Of a DNA stretch of 31,903 bases, positions 17,119-25,781 are shown one piece after another. The notes under the pieces were generated by a model. That model was given only the letters and a program-made list of their open reading frames with translations. It made no database searches and was not told where the DNA came from. Position 1 is the first letter of the stretch; the number at the start of each line of letters is the position of its first letter. Position numbers and translations under genes: made by a program. The DNA is taken from the NCBI GenBank assembly GCA_007131895.1, contig SLPR01000254.1, forward strand, positions 1 through 31,903, in the 5' to 3' direction. Source of the DNA: Bacteroidales bacterium. Lineage in GTDB: Bacteria; Bacteroidota; Bacteroidia; Bacteroidales; UBA7960.

Positions 17119-17163
17119 AAAAAAAGAGTGAGGGCATGACCTAAGACCATGCCCTCACTTTTT
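17119..17163. terminator. Intrinsic terminator downstream of the DEAD-box helicase
   Basis: GTGAGGGCATG / CATGCCCTCAC stem flanked by A- and T-runs. Confidence 0.75.
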
Positions 17164-17167
17164 CCCT

Positions 17168-17345
17168 GTCCGGGTATGACTAATGTTCATACAAAGACTA
17201 ATGCGATATTTTAAGATTCTGCCTGATCCATCCGTCATGCCCGGACTAAACCGGTTATTGTCGCTCGTCCGGGTATGACTATTCTCCATACAGAACCAAA
17301 TACGATGTTCAGCACTTCAGCCTATCCCACCAGTCATGCCCGGAC
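17168..17345. repeat. Two tandem about 80-bp units bounded by inverted repeats GTCCGGGTATGACT / (A)GTCATGCCCGGAC
   Basis: Arms at 17168-17181, 17234-17246, 17267-17280, 17332-17345; 99-bp period; spacers visibly homologous. Confidence 0.8.
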
Positions 17346-17359
17346 TAAAACAAAGAGGT

Positions 17360-19027
17360 TTAGTTCCGCGCAATAGAAAGCATTACCTTCTTACCTTTGA
17401 TGGTATTTTTGTTCATGCCCTTGAGTACTTTTCTTACCTGGGCTTCGGAGATTTCAAAATAACTGAAATGGTCAAACATATCAATCACGCCGATTTGGTT
17501 GCCAGGGATTTTGCATTCGCCTGTGATGGCACCCACAATGTCACCGGGTTTGATTTTGTCTTTCTTACCCAAACCAAGATGCATCCTGATTTTGGGACCA
17601 TTGTCTGATTCATATCCTCTTTTGCCACCGCCATTGCGTTCGGGTCTGTCGGGTCTTTCAGGTCTTTCTTTTCTCTCTGCTCTTGGTTTCTCCTGGAAGG
17701 GTTTTGGTTCTTTCAGGCTGATTCCTTTTTCATCCAGCACCTTTTTTAGCAGGCAAGCTGCCAGCAGATGGGGTTCAAACCCTTTCTCGTACATATCCTG
17801 CAGCACTTTTTCGTAGTCCTTGAGGTTGTTTTCAGTGGCAATGGTCATCAGAGAGCTTTCCAGTCGTGTAAGGTTCGATTGCATCAGTTCCTGGTAGGAG
17901 GGGAGATTGCCCTTCATGATTTTCATCTTGATAAAACGTTCCAGTTCGAAGATTTTGCGGTCGTCTTTGCGGGATTCGGCAAAGCTGAATGCACGTCCGG
18001 TTTTCCCGGCACGGCCCGTGCGACCAATGCGGTGCACATAATATTCATTGTCGTGGGGCAGATCAAAATTGAATACTGCATCTACGTTGTTTACGTCCAG
18101 TCCACGTGCTGCCACATCGGTGGCAACCAGCACATTGATTTCTGCATTCTTAAATCTTCCCAGTACCTGGTTTCTCATGCCCTGGCTCAAATCGCCGTGC
18201 AATGCATCTGCCTTAATGCCTGCCTTGCGCAGCTCTTCGGTAACACTGTCGGTTCTGGCCTTGGTATTGCAGAATACCAGTGATAATCTCAGTTCGTACA
18301 ATTGTATCAGATCCGAAATGAGGCGGTTCTTTTTGCCACCGCGGGTTTCAAAATAAATCTGTTCAATGGTAGAGGCCGTAACATTCTGATCGGCCACTTT
18401 GATAATTTTTGGGTTGTGGAGAAATTTCCTGCTGATATCCAGTATGGGTTTCGACATGGTGGCCGAAAACATTACCGTTTGTTTGTCAGAAGGAGTTCCT
18501 TCAAGAATGGTTTCCATATCTTCACGGAAGCCCATGTTGAGCATTTCGTCGGCTTCGTCCATAACAGCCACCTTCAGTCCGGTGATGTTCAGACTTCCTC
18601 TTCTGAGGTGGTCCATGATACGTCCGGGAGTTCCTACAACGATTTGTGAACCGTCTTTCAGTCCTCGCATCTGGCGCGACATTGAGTCACCTCCATAGAT
18701 GGAAAGCACTTTGATGCCTCTTTTGTAGGCCGACATTTTGGATAATTCGTCTGCAATCTGCACGCAAAGCTCGCGTGTGGGGCAGAGGATAAGGGCCTGA
18801 ACGCGCCTGTCGTTCAAGTCAATTTTCTCAAGGATAGGCAAACCAAAAGCCGCCGTTTTACCGGTGCCTGTCTGGGCCTGCCCCACCATATCGTGTCCTT
18901 CCAGCATAACCGGAATGGATTGTTCCTGGATAGGGGTGGGCGTTTCATAGCCCATTTCTGTAATGCCTCTCAATACTTCTTCGCTGAGAAATAGATCGGT
19001 GAATGTGTTTTCTAAAGTAGTAATCAT
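17360..19027 (-). CDS. deaD: DEAD-box RNA helicase with C-terminal DbpA-type RNA-binding domain (DeaD/CsdA-like)
   Basis: Q motif PTPIQ, AQTGTGKT, PTREL, TPGR, DEAD, SAT, ARGLD, HRIGRTGRAG; C-terminal GKKDKIKPGDIVGAI domain. ATG 19027 preferred over ORF-track 19072. Confidence 0.92.
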   Translation of the reverse strand: MITTLENTFTDLFLSEEVLRGITEMGYETPTPIQEQSIPVMLEGHDMVGQAQTGTGKTAAFGLPILEKIDLNDRRVQALILCPTRELCVQIADELSKMSAYKRGIKVLSIYGGDSMSRQMRGLKDGSQIVVGTPGRIMDHLRRGSLNITGLKVAVMDEADEMLNMGFREDMETILEGTPSDKQTVMFSATMSKPILDISRKFLHNPKIIKVADQNVTASTIEQIYFETRGGKKNRLISDLIQLYELRLSLVFCNTKARTDSVTEELRKAGIKADALHGDLSQGMRNQVLGRFKNAEINVLVATDVAARGLDVNNVDAVFNFDLPHDNEYYVHRIGRTGRAGKTGRAFSFAESRKDDRKIFELERFIKMKIMKGNLPSYQELMQSNLTRLESSLMTIATENNLKDYEKVLQDMYEKGFEPHLLAACLLKKVLDEKGISLKEPKPFQEKPRAERKERPERPDRPERNGGGKRGYESDNGPKIRMHLGLGKKDKIKPGDIVGAITGECKIPGNQIGVIDMFDHFSYFEISEAQVRKVLKGMNKNTIKGKKVMLSIARN

Positions 19028-19332
19028 AATTGTAATTTGGATGCCAGGCACGCGGATTTCATCCCAGACCATGCCATGGCTGTTGATTTGAATATTAATA
19101 AAATGGGTTAAAGACGGGTTGAGGTGTTCGGGTCAGATACGAAATCGATCTTAAGAAAAAGCCGTCTTGTGAAATAGTTAAAAGGAAAGATAATCTTTGC
19201 ATCTTTCACGGTTTGTTGATGGGTAGTGGTCTACCTCGTATTTAAGCATAAAAACAATCATTAGATAATAAGTCGCATCCGGCTTTACCCTAATATGTTT
19301 TTATACACAACAAGCCTGACGCAAAAGCGGTG

Positions 19333-19340
19333 CAAAGGTA
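19333..19340 (-). promoter_or_regulatory. -7 element (TACCTTTG-CA) for the helicase, implying a leader of about 300 nt
   Basis: Exact TAnnTTTG followed by CACC on the minus strand. Confidence 0.6.
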
Positions 19341-19429
19341 CGATAATATTTGAATTGAGAAATGTTTATTGTAAAATAGTTTTGTGGGGGAGGGTAAGGG
19401 GTTGTAGGTTAGGGGTCTTAGCATCGGTT

Positions 19430-19614
19430 GGTCCCTGAGCCTGTCGAAGGGACGGGTAGTGCATGCGTGGTTTCGAAATGCTCAACCACCAGAGCGTCTG
19501 TCCCTGAGCAGTTCGACATGCTCACTGTAGCACCTGTCGAAGGGATATATTTTGCAGTGGTGGTTTCGACAAGCTCAACCACCGGGGAGGGTGGTCCCTG
19601 AGCTTGTCGAAGGG
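19430..19614. repeat. BIME-like cluster of alternating REP-like palindromes
   Basis: GTCCCTGAGC(C/T)TGTCGAAGGG at 19431-19451, 19500-19544 (interrupted) and 19594-19614, alternating with GTGGTTTCGA.A.GCTCAACCAC at 19467-19489 and 19560-19582. Confidence 0.85.
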
Positions 19615-19773
19615 CGCTGTCAACCCATCCCTCACCTTGCCCCAAGTAATTTCGCAGCGCCCCTAATACTTGGTGACCGCTGTTTCTATCGACATGCCGG
19701 GCCGCTGGCCCTGGGTGCAATGTCCTGAGGTTGCCAGCACAACATCGGGCCTGAGCCTCAGTCAACAATCTTC

Positions 19774-19838
19774 AATCCCATTCCCCAGTCCCTATTCCCA
19801 AATCCCCTAATCCGATAATCCAATAATCGACCAATCCT
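19774..19838. repeat. Degenerate 7-8 bp C-rich short tandem repeats
   Basis: ATCCCA TTCCCCA GTCCCTA TTCCCAA ATCCCCT then (A)TAATCC-type units. Confidence 0.6.
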
Positions 19839-19845
19839 ACAATAA

Positions 19846-20841
19846 TTAAAAAAACACCCAATGCAAAACAAATCCGTGCTGTTGGTTGTACTCCAGGGCG
19901 GGGGCGGGGAATTTGATGAAATTGAGGGTGGTGAGTACCTGGTGCAGGGTATGGGAGCGGGTGGGGATGCGCGAAAAATCGATGTCGGGTGAAAGATAAA
20001 GCTGGCGGTAGCGGTGGAAGTGTGGGATTGGGTTTCCATTATACTCTGTGGGGTTGTCATAGCTTCCCAGCATTCCTGTTGCGCTATATCCTATTGCAAT
20101 GTTGAGCCAGGGAGGGAAAAAGTCGCTGTGGGTAAGCGATTGCAGGTTAAACGAAACCCATGCGTTGATGCCATTGTAATCTTTGATAAAATTTTCTCCC
20201 AGGTTGTGGCCCAGCAAGTCGGGGCGGTATTGCGACAAACCACTATAGGTATAGGAATATTTCCAGGTTATTTTCTGTTCTTCCCAGATGATTTGCTGGG
20301 TGTAAAACCATAAGGAACCGATGGTATTGGCAGCGAGATCTGACCAGGATGCGCCCCAATGTTCCGAAAATCCATCCAGAATTTCAATGGTGGTAAGAAA
20401 GAGACTTCCTGAAATGCTCCCCCATAAAGCTGCCTGGTTGTTGTTGAGCCCTGTCCACCGGAAAGTGTTATGACTTATGCGGCTGAAATGATAGGTTGAC
20501 ATGATGTGTCCTGCTTTGTCCATTTGTTTCCAGGAGGCCAGGTCGTTGTAGAATCCGAACGATGACCGGGAATGGTCGCTGTACCACATGTGATTAAGAA
20601 CCATCAGGGTGCCGGTATATCCTGCCACATGGGCAGAACCCACCAGCCAGAGGCGGCGGGAGTCCACAGGGCTCTCTTCCCCGTTTGGGGTTTCGGGATG
20701 GTATTGGGTTGTGACAGGATTGAAAGAATCTGGAGCGGGATTTTCCGCGGTGAGTCGGCAGGGAAGCAGTATGCACAATATTGGCAGCATAACCCGTAAC
20801 AAAGCAATGGAAAGATTTACTGCAGGTATTTTTCGTGCCAT
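19846..20841 (-). CDS. DUF2279/YfiM-like exported protein
   Basis: Signal-like N-terminus, QMDKAGH, IEILDGFS..WGASWSDL..N, KDYNG...W.S motifs, C-terminal Phe. Start uncertain (20841 or 20874; ORF track begins at TTG 20961). Confidence 0.8.
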   Translation of the reverse strand: MARKIPAVNLSIALLRVMLPILCILLPCRLTAENPAPDSFNPVTTQYHPETPNGEESPVDSRRLWLVGSAHVAGYTGTLMVLNHMWYSDHSRSSFGFYNDLASWKQMDKAGHIMSTYHFSRISHNTFRWTGLNNNQAALWGSISGSLFLTTIEILDGFSEHWGASWSDLAANTIGSLWFYTQQIIWEEQKITWKYSYTYSGLSQYRPDLLGHNLGENFIKDYNGINAWVSFNLQSLTHSDFFPPWLNIAIGYSATGMLGSYDNPTEYNGNPIPHFHRYRQLYLSPDIDFSRIPTRSHTLHQVLTTLNFIKFPAPALEYNQQHGFVLHWVFF

Positions 20842-20980
20842 AAGCAGGTTTGTAAATTTGATTGTCTCATTCATGCGCAAGCGGCAACTGCTCCTGTCAT
20901 ATTCCTGTGCTGCATTTTTCGGGGTTGCTACCTGGTTGGAGAAAACCGGGTTCAGGGCCATTGCAATGGTTGCAAAACCG

Positions 20981-22417
20981 TTATCCCGGCTTTACCGGCA
21001 AGGGATTATCCTGTTTTGTCATGATGGTATCATACCCAATCTGCAGTATCTCCAGTGCTTTTTCACGGGTAGAGGATTCGGCGTAGGTGCGCAACACGGG
21101 TTCTGTTCCCGAGGGACGGATCATCAGCCATTCGTGATCGTTGAAGTAATATTTGAAGCCATCGAGGGTTTCTATCCGTTCTACGGTGTAAGGTCCAAAG
21201 GTTTCGTAAACACCATTTTCGCAGTTTACTACGATGCGGTCTTTGTCTTCCTGAGCAAGTTTCAGGTCGCTGCGTTCGAAAGCAAAGGCACCGGTAATGT
21301 CATATATTTCCTGAATAAGTTCCCGGAGGGATTTTCCGGTTTTTACCATGGCTTCCCAGATGAGCAGACCGTTATAGATTCCGTCGCGCTCGGGTATGTG
21401 TCCGGTAACGGCAATGCCGCCCGATTCTTCTCCTCCCATGAGGATGTCTTCTTTGAGCATGAGTCCGCAAATGTGTTTGAAGCCGATTTGTACAATTTCC
21501 AGCGGAAGGTTGTAGGCTTCGCAGAGTTTTCCGATTTTTACCGTGGAAGAAAATCCGGTGGCCACTTTGCCGGTGAGGTTTTTATATTTGTGCAGGTAAT
21601 GGATCAGAAGCAACATAGTGTGGTGCGAATCCACGTAGTTGCCCTCATGGTCAAATAAGGCGATGCGGTCGGCATCGCCATCCACGGCAAGGCCGCAATC
21701 AATATTTTCGGATAGTTTTATTACTTCAGCGAATTCCTGCAGGTTTCTCAGCAGGGGCTCGGGTGGTATGCCATCAAAGAGGGGTTGTCGCTGGCAATGC
21801 AAAAGTGTAATGTCGGGGAAGAGTCTGCGCATCACGTCTTGTCCGCTGCCATACATGGCATCGAAGGCAAACTCCAGTTCAGAGTTGCGGATGGCATCCA
21901 GGTCAAACTTCTCTTCCAGGTAGCTGCAATAATAAGTTTCCAGGTCAACCATTTCTACAACGTTGCTTTCCAGCAAATTCTCAAAATGGATGGCATCCAG
22001 ATCGTGGGGGTTGGTATCGGGAATCAGCTCTTCTACTTCTCTGATTTGTTCTTCCATCAGGGGGCCACCATAGCTTCCCTTAAGCTTGTATCCGTTGTAT
22101 TCGGGTGGGTTGTGGCTTGCGGTGATCACAATTCCCAGGTCGGCTTTGTAGTGCAGCGGGCCCATGGATATCATCGGGGTAGATGCAATGGTGTCGGACA
22201 TGTAAACCTTGATGTTGTTGGCTGCCATCACTTTGGCCACCACCTGGGTAAACATTTCACCTCCAAAGCGGCAATCATGCCCCAACACCACCGATGGTTT
22301 TTCATTTCTTTCCAGCAGCCAGTTGGCCGTTCCCTGCGCCACACGGGCCACATTGTCAAAGGTATAATCTTTTGCTATTACCGCCCTCCATCCGTCGGTT
22401 CCGAATTTTATCTTCAT
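20981..22417 (-). CDS. Phosphoglucomutase/phosphomannomutase family alpha-D-phosphohexomutase
   Basis: FGTDGWR, catalytic TASHNP, metal loop DGDADR, GGEESGG, RPSGTEP. Confidence 0.95.
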   Translation of the reverse strand: MKIKFGTDGWRAVIAKDYTFDNVARVAQGTANWLLERNEKPSVVLGHDCRFGGEMFTQVVAKVMAANNIKVYMSDTIASTPMISMGPLHYKADLGIVITASHNPPEYNGYKLKGSYGGPLMEEQIREVEELIPDTNPHDLDAIHFENLLESNVVEMVDLETYYCSYLEEKFDLDAIRNSELEFAFDAMYGSGQDVMRRLFPDITLLHCQRQPLFDGIPPEPLLRNLQEFAEVIKLSENIDCGLAVDGDADRIALFDHEGNYVDSHHTMLLLIHYLHKYKNLTGKVATGFSSTVKIGKLCEAYNLPLEIVQIGFKHICGLMLKEDILMGGEESGGIAVTGHIPERDGIYNGLLIWEAMVKTGKSLRELIQEIYDITGAFAFERSDLKLAQEDKDRIVVNCENGVYETFGPYTVERIETLDGFKYYFNDHEWLMIRPSGTEPVLRTYAESSTREKALEILQIGYDTIMTKQDNPLPVKPG

Positions 22418-22448
22418 TATTGCTTTGTTTTGAGTTATGAATGGGTGA

Positions 22449-23522
22449 TTATCTCATGATTTGTCTTTGATTCAGGGCATTCTGGTATCTGCGGGCATTG
22501 GTCAGGTGCTGGCTGTAGGTGCGTGCAAAGGCATGGTATCCTGAGAAATCGTCTTTGGCGCAGAAGAACAGGTACTCATGACTTTCATAATTAAGCACAC
22601 CATCAATAACGCGTTGTTCAGGCAGGGCAATAGGTCCCGGAGGAAGTCCTGCATATTTGTAGGTATTGTAGGGCGAATCCATTTCCAGGTGGCGGTTCAA
22701 CACACGGCGAATGGAATAATCTCCCACAGCAAAAATAACGGTGGGGTCGGCCTGCAGGCGCATGTTTCGTTTCAGTCGGTTGATGTAAACACCTGCTACG
22801 CGGGGCAATTCGTCGGGGCGGCTGGTTTCCAGCTGTACTATGGAGGCAAGGGTACCCACCTCTGCGGGAGTAAGGTTGATTCGCTGTGCCTTTGCCAGGC
22901 GTTGCTCATTCCAGAAAGCGCTGTATTCGCGGTGCATACGGGAGATCAATTGTTCGGCAGAAGTGTTCCAGAAAAACTCGTAGGTGTTGGGGATGAAGAG
23001 CAGCTTGGAGGTTTCGGGGTTCATGTTGAATTGCTCAAGGTATACATGATCATTGAGCAAACTGATGATGGAGAGCGAATCGGCCTCAATCTGGCGTGCA
23101 ATGTTTCCGGCAAGCTGTTCTTTGAGTCTGATATTGTTAAACGTAAGCATTACCGGATCCTGCTGTCCTGAGCGCAGAATATTGATCAGCTCATTGTTGC
23201 CCATATCTTCATGGATAAGGTAGCGGCCCGGACGTATATTGTTGCGGTAGTTTTTCTTTTCTGCCAGCCATTCAAAAGTATTGGTATTGATGATCATGCC
23301 TTTTTCATATAGAATGGCCTTCACATCGTTGAAGTTGCTGCCTGTGGGGATAAAAATGTGGGTGGTTTTGCGTTCTCCCAGGAAGATATTGGGCTGGTAA
23401 ATGGCATGATACAAGCGCCATGCAGCGATGCCTCCGCTGACAATAACAATGATGAATATGGATACCAGAACCTTTAACCAAAAAGGGGTGCTTTTACTCT
23501 TTTTTCTTCTTTTTTTTGCCAT
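22449..23522 (-). CDS. mltG: Endolytic transglycosylase MltG
   Basis: N-terminal TM anchor, LASIVQLET (catalytic Glu), RL..NMRLQADPT, SPYNTY..AGLPPGPI, YLFFCA. Confidence 0.95.
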   Translation of the reverse strand: MAKKRRKKSKSTPFWLKVLVSIFIIVIVSGGIAAWRLYHAIYQPNIFLGERKTTHIFIPTGSNFNDVKAILYEKGMIINTNTFEWLAEKKNYRNNIRPGRYLIHEDMGNNELINILRSGQQDPVMLTFNNIRLKEQLAGNIARQIEADSLSIISLLNDHVYLEQFNMNPETSKLLFIPNTYEFFWNTSAEQLISRMHREYSAFWNEQRLAKAQRINLTPAEVGTLASIVQLETSRPDELPRVAGVYINRLKRNMRLQADPTVIFAVGDYSIRRVLNRHLEMDSPYNTYKYAGLPPGPIALPEQRVIDGVLNYESHEYLFFCAKDDFSGYHAFARTYSQHLTNARRYQNALNQRQIMR

Positions 23523-23584
23523 GTGTTATTGAGAAATATTTCCGTAAAGATGACGGGTACAAACAACTGTAAACAATTTTGGGA

Positions 23585-24103
23585 TCAGAAAAGCAGTTGG
23601 AAAAAATACTCATCCAGCCATTGATCTTCAGACAAAAGCCATTCTTTTTTGCAGCCTGCTTCTGTAAAGCCTTTCTTCTTAAACAGTTCTATGCTTTGTT
23701 TATTGTTGGCAGCAATGTTGCAAAAGAGCTGGTGAAGTGAAAGGATATTTTTTGCATAATTAATAACAATGTCGAGTGTTTCTGCAGCATACCCTTTTTT
23801 TCTGTGTTCTTTTGTTATAAGAATTCCTACCCCGGCTCTTCTGTTTTTGGGGTCAAATTCAAAAAGGTCTACACAACCGATGGTTTCTCCTTTCTTATTG
23901 TTAATCACCAGCCTGAGCTGTTTCTCGGTGTATATATCAGAGTGAGAGTTGATAATGTATTGCTCGAGGTAGAATCTTGAAAAGGGAGTTTGTGTATTGC
24001 TGTATATCCATGTTTCCGGATCATTTTCCCATTCATACATGACGTCGATGTCCGACGGCTCCATAGCCCTGAGCTTTAGCGTTTTTCCGTTTAGAGGTTG
24101 CAT
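23585..24103 (-). CDS. GNAT acetyltransferase (RimJ/RimL/SpeG-like)
   Basis: LKLRAMEPSD, acetyl-CoA motif HRKKGYA, NKQSIELFKKKGF. Confidence 0.88.
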   Translation of the reverse strand: MQPLNGKTLKLRAMEPSDIDVMYEWENDPETWIYSNTQTPFSRFYLEQYIINSHSDIYTEKQLRLVINNKKGETIGCVDLFEFDPKNRRAGVGILITKEHRKKGYAAETLDIVINYAKNILSLHQLFCNIAANNKQSIELFKKKGFTEAGCKKEWLLSEDQWLDEYFFQLLF

Positions 24104-24189
24104 ATTTTGGGTTTTTAGCGTTTAGGGGTGCAACTACATTTGCATTCTAAATTGTAAAAATAATCATACTTTTGAAAAGATTGCCCTTT

Positions 24190-24996
24190 TCATATGTCAA
24201 TATCACCATGGAAAACTTTTGTAGCCGGGCCATGCAGGTAAATGCTTGTGTAAAATCCAGGTTTTTTGTTTTCAAAGGTAACCTGCATGTCGCCCCCCCG
24301 GGCTCTTAATTCATAATGATGATTGCCGGATTGGTTGTTTCTGTAGTGCAGGGCAATGGCAGTGGCTGCAATACCGGTTCCGCAGGCAAGTGTTTCTTCT
24401 TCCACTCCTCTTTCGTAAGTGCGCACGTGGATGGTATTGTCAACGATTTCTGCGATGTTAAAATTGACTCCATCTGTGCCAAATACAGGGTTATTGCGCC
24501 AGGTTTTCCCAAGAGTATCCAGGTCGATGTTTTGGATGTCTGTTTTGAAAACAACAAAATGAGGAGACCCGGTGTCGAGTACAAACCCTCCCTCAAATGT
24601 TTGGATGTCCGATACATCTTTCATTTCAAGTGAAACAAGCTGATTGTTTGCTTCAGCATTGATGATTTGTGCATGGTGGGGTCCATCCACAGCAAGGAAC
24701 AATGCTTTGGTGCTGATAATCCCCTGATGAGCAGCAAAAGCCACCAGGCACCGGCCACCATTACCGCACATGGTTCCTTCAAGACCATCAGAATTATAGT
24801 AAACCATTTGAAAATCATACCCGGGCTGATTCTTCAGAAGCATAAGACCATCAGCACCTATTCCGAACCTTCTGTCACATAGAGAGGCAATAAGTTTGTT
24901 TTTATCCTTTCGCGAAGATACAGGTGAAGTTTCGCGTTCGTCAATGATGATAAAGTCATTTCCGGCTCCCTGGTATTTATAAAATGATAGTGTCAT
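24190..24996 (-). CDS. dapF: Diaminopimelate epimerase
   Basis: KYQGAGNDF, RRFGIGADG, MCGNGGRC and RGVEEETLACGTG catalytic Cys motifs. Confidence 0.96.
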   Translation of the reverse strand: MTLSFYKYQGAGNDFIIIDERETSPVSSRKDKNKLIASLCDRRFGIGADGLMLLKNQPGYDFQMVYYNSDGLEGTMCGNGGRCLVAFAAHQGIISTKALFLAVDGPHHAQIINAEANNQLVSLEMKDVSDIQTFEGGFVLDTGSPHFVVFKTDIQNIDLDTLGKTWRNNPVFGTDGVNFNIAEIVDNTIHVRTYERGVEEETLACGTGIAATAIALHYRNNQSGNHHYELRARGGDMQVTFENKKPGFYTSIYLHGPATKVFHGDIDI

Positions 24997-25073
24997 ATGG
25001 TATTTAGATTGGGATTATATCTGCATTAAAAACGGGAAAAACAAAATGTAACAAAACTGAACAGCAACTCATT

Positions 25074-25724
25074 TTAGAAAGATTGATAATCAGGGAAGAA
25101 CAAAGGTTCAGTAATTGGAGTCAGGGGTTTAAAAGAAGTGGAAAACTCAAGAGGATACAATTCGTTGAAATATTTCATGTAGATTTTTTTATTATGCTTT
25201 GTCAGTGTAACCATATCAAAGGATCGAATGCCATAAAGAACAATTTTGTTTTTCCCCATTTTGTATCCGGTAGAGTTAAATGGAGACTCCCAGAATTCAA
25301 CAACGTATATGTCCTCATTGCTGCCCGGGTTGATATTTCCAATAAGTGAATCCAGCTTTCTTACCGATGGAGAAACATTATTTCTGGTTTTCCGGATTGC
25401 AATGGTTTTGGAATATAAGAACCTATCCTGAGCAATCAGGTTGCTGAGGGGAGAGGCAGAGGGTAAAGCGGGCCTGATGTTGTGGTAAGGTGGGGTATGG
25501 GTGTTTTCCGGATTATTCTCTACTACCAGAATGCTATCAGAGTGTTCAATATGAATCCCATGGTCGGAAAACAGGTTGATAACCCTGTCCAGTGCTTCGG
25601 CAATAAGTCTGTCATTTTGTCGGTTGTTATGCCAGTACACAACAGATGTGCCCAGAAAAAAGCCAACCAACAAGCCAGCAAACAGATGAAAAGCGCTAAA
25701 TTCTTTTCGTGACTTATTTTTCAT
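25074..25724 (-). CDS. Hypothetical protein with an N-terminal TM helix
   Basis: 216 aa ORF, hydrophobic segment LFAGLLVGFFLGTSVVYW, same strand as dapF, upstream -7 element. Confidence 0.7.
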   Translation of the reverse strand: MKNKSRKEFSAFHLFAGLLVGFFLGTSVVYWHNNRQNDRLIAEALDRVINLFSDHGIHIEHSDSILVVENNPENTHTPPYHNIRPALPSASPLSNLIAQDRFLYSKTIAIRKTRNNVSPSVRKLDSLIGNINPGSNEDIYVVEFWESPFNSTGYKMGKNKIVLYGIRSFDMVTLTKHNKKIYMKYFNELYPLEFSTSFKPLTPITEPLFFPDYQSF

Positions 25725-25773
25725 GGGCAGTCATAAATAGAGTAAGGTAAAAATTGATGGTTTTTGCACCAAA

Positions 25774-25781
25774 CAAAAATA
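25774..25781 (-). promoter_or_regulatory. -7 element (TATTTTTG) for the hypothetical-dapF run
   Basis: Exact TAnnTTTG about 50 nt upstream of ATG 25724. Confidence 0.45.

Noticed and set aside
19418-19768. 116-aa minus-strand ORF (and 19758-20060)
   Set aside because: Reads through REP palindromes and low-complexity repeats; the peptide repeats (VVELVETT, PSTG) are just translated REP sequence.
20609-21658. 349-aa plus-strand ORF
   Set aside because: Antisense shadow of the phosphohexomutase and DUF2279 genes; no recognisable motifs. The same applies to the many shorter antisense and alternate-frame ORFs inside the ATPases, proV, BCCT and helicase.
24135-24174. Two plus-strand TAnnTTTG matches (24135-24142, 24167-24174) pointing antisense into dapF
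   Set aside because: A 6-base-information motif in AT-rich spacer DNA occurs by chance; no supporting -33 element or downstream ORF.
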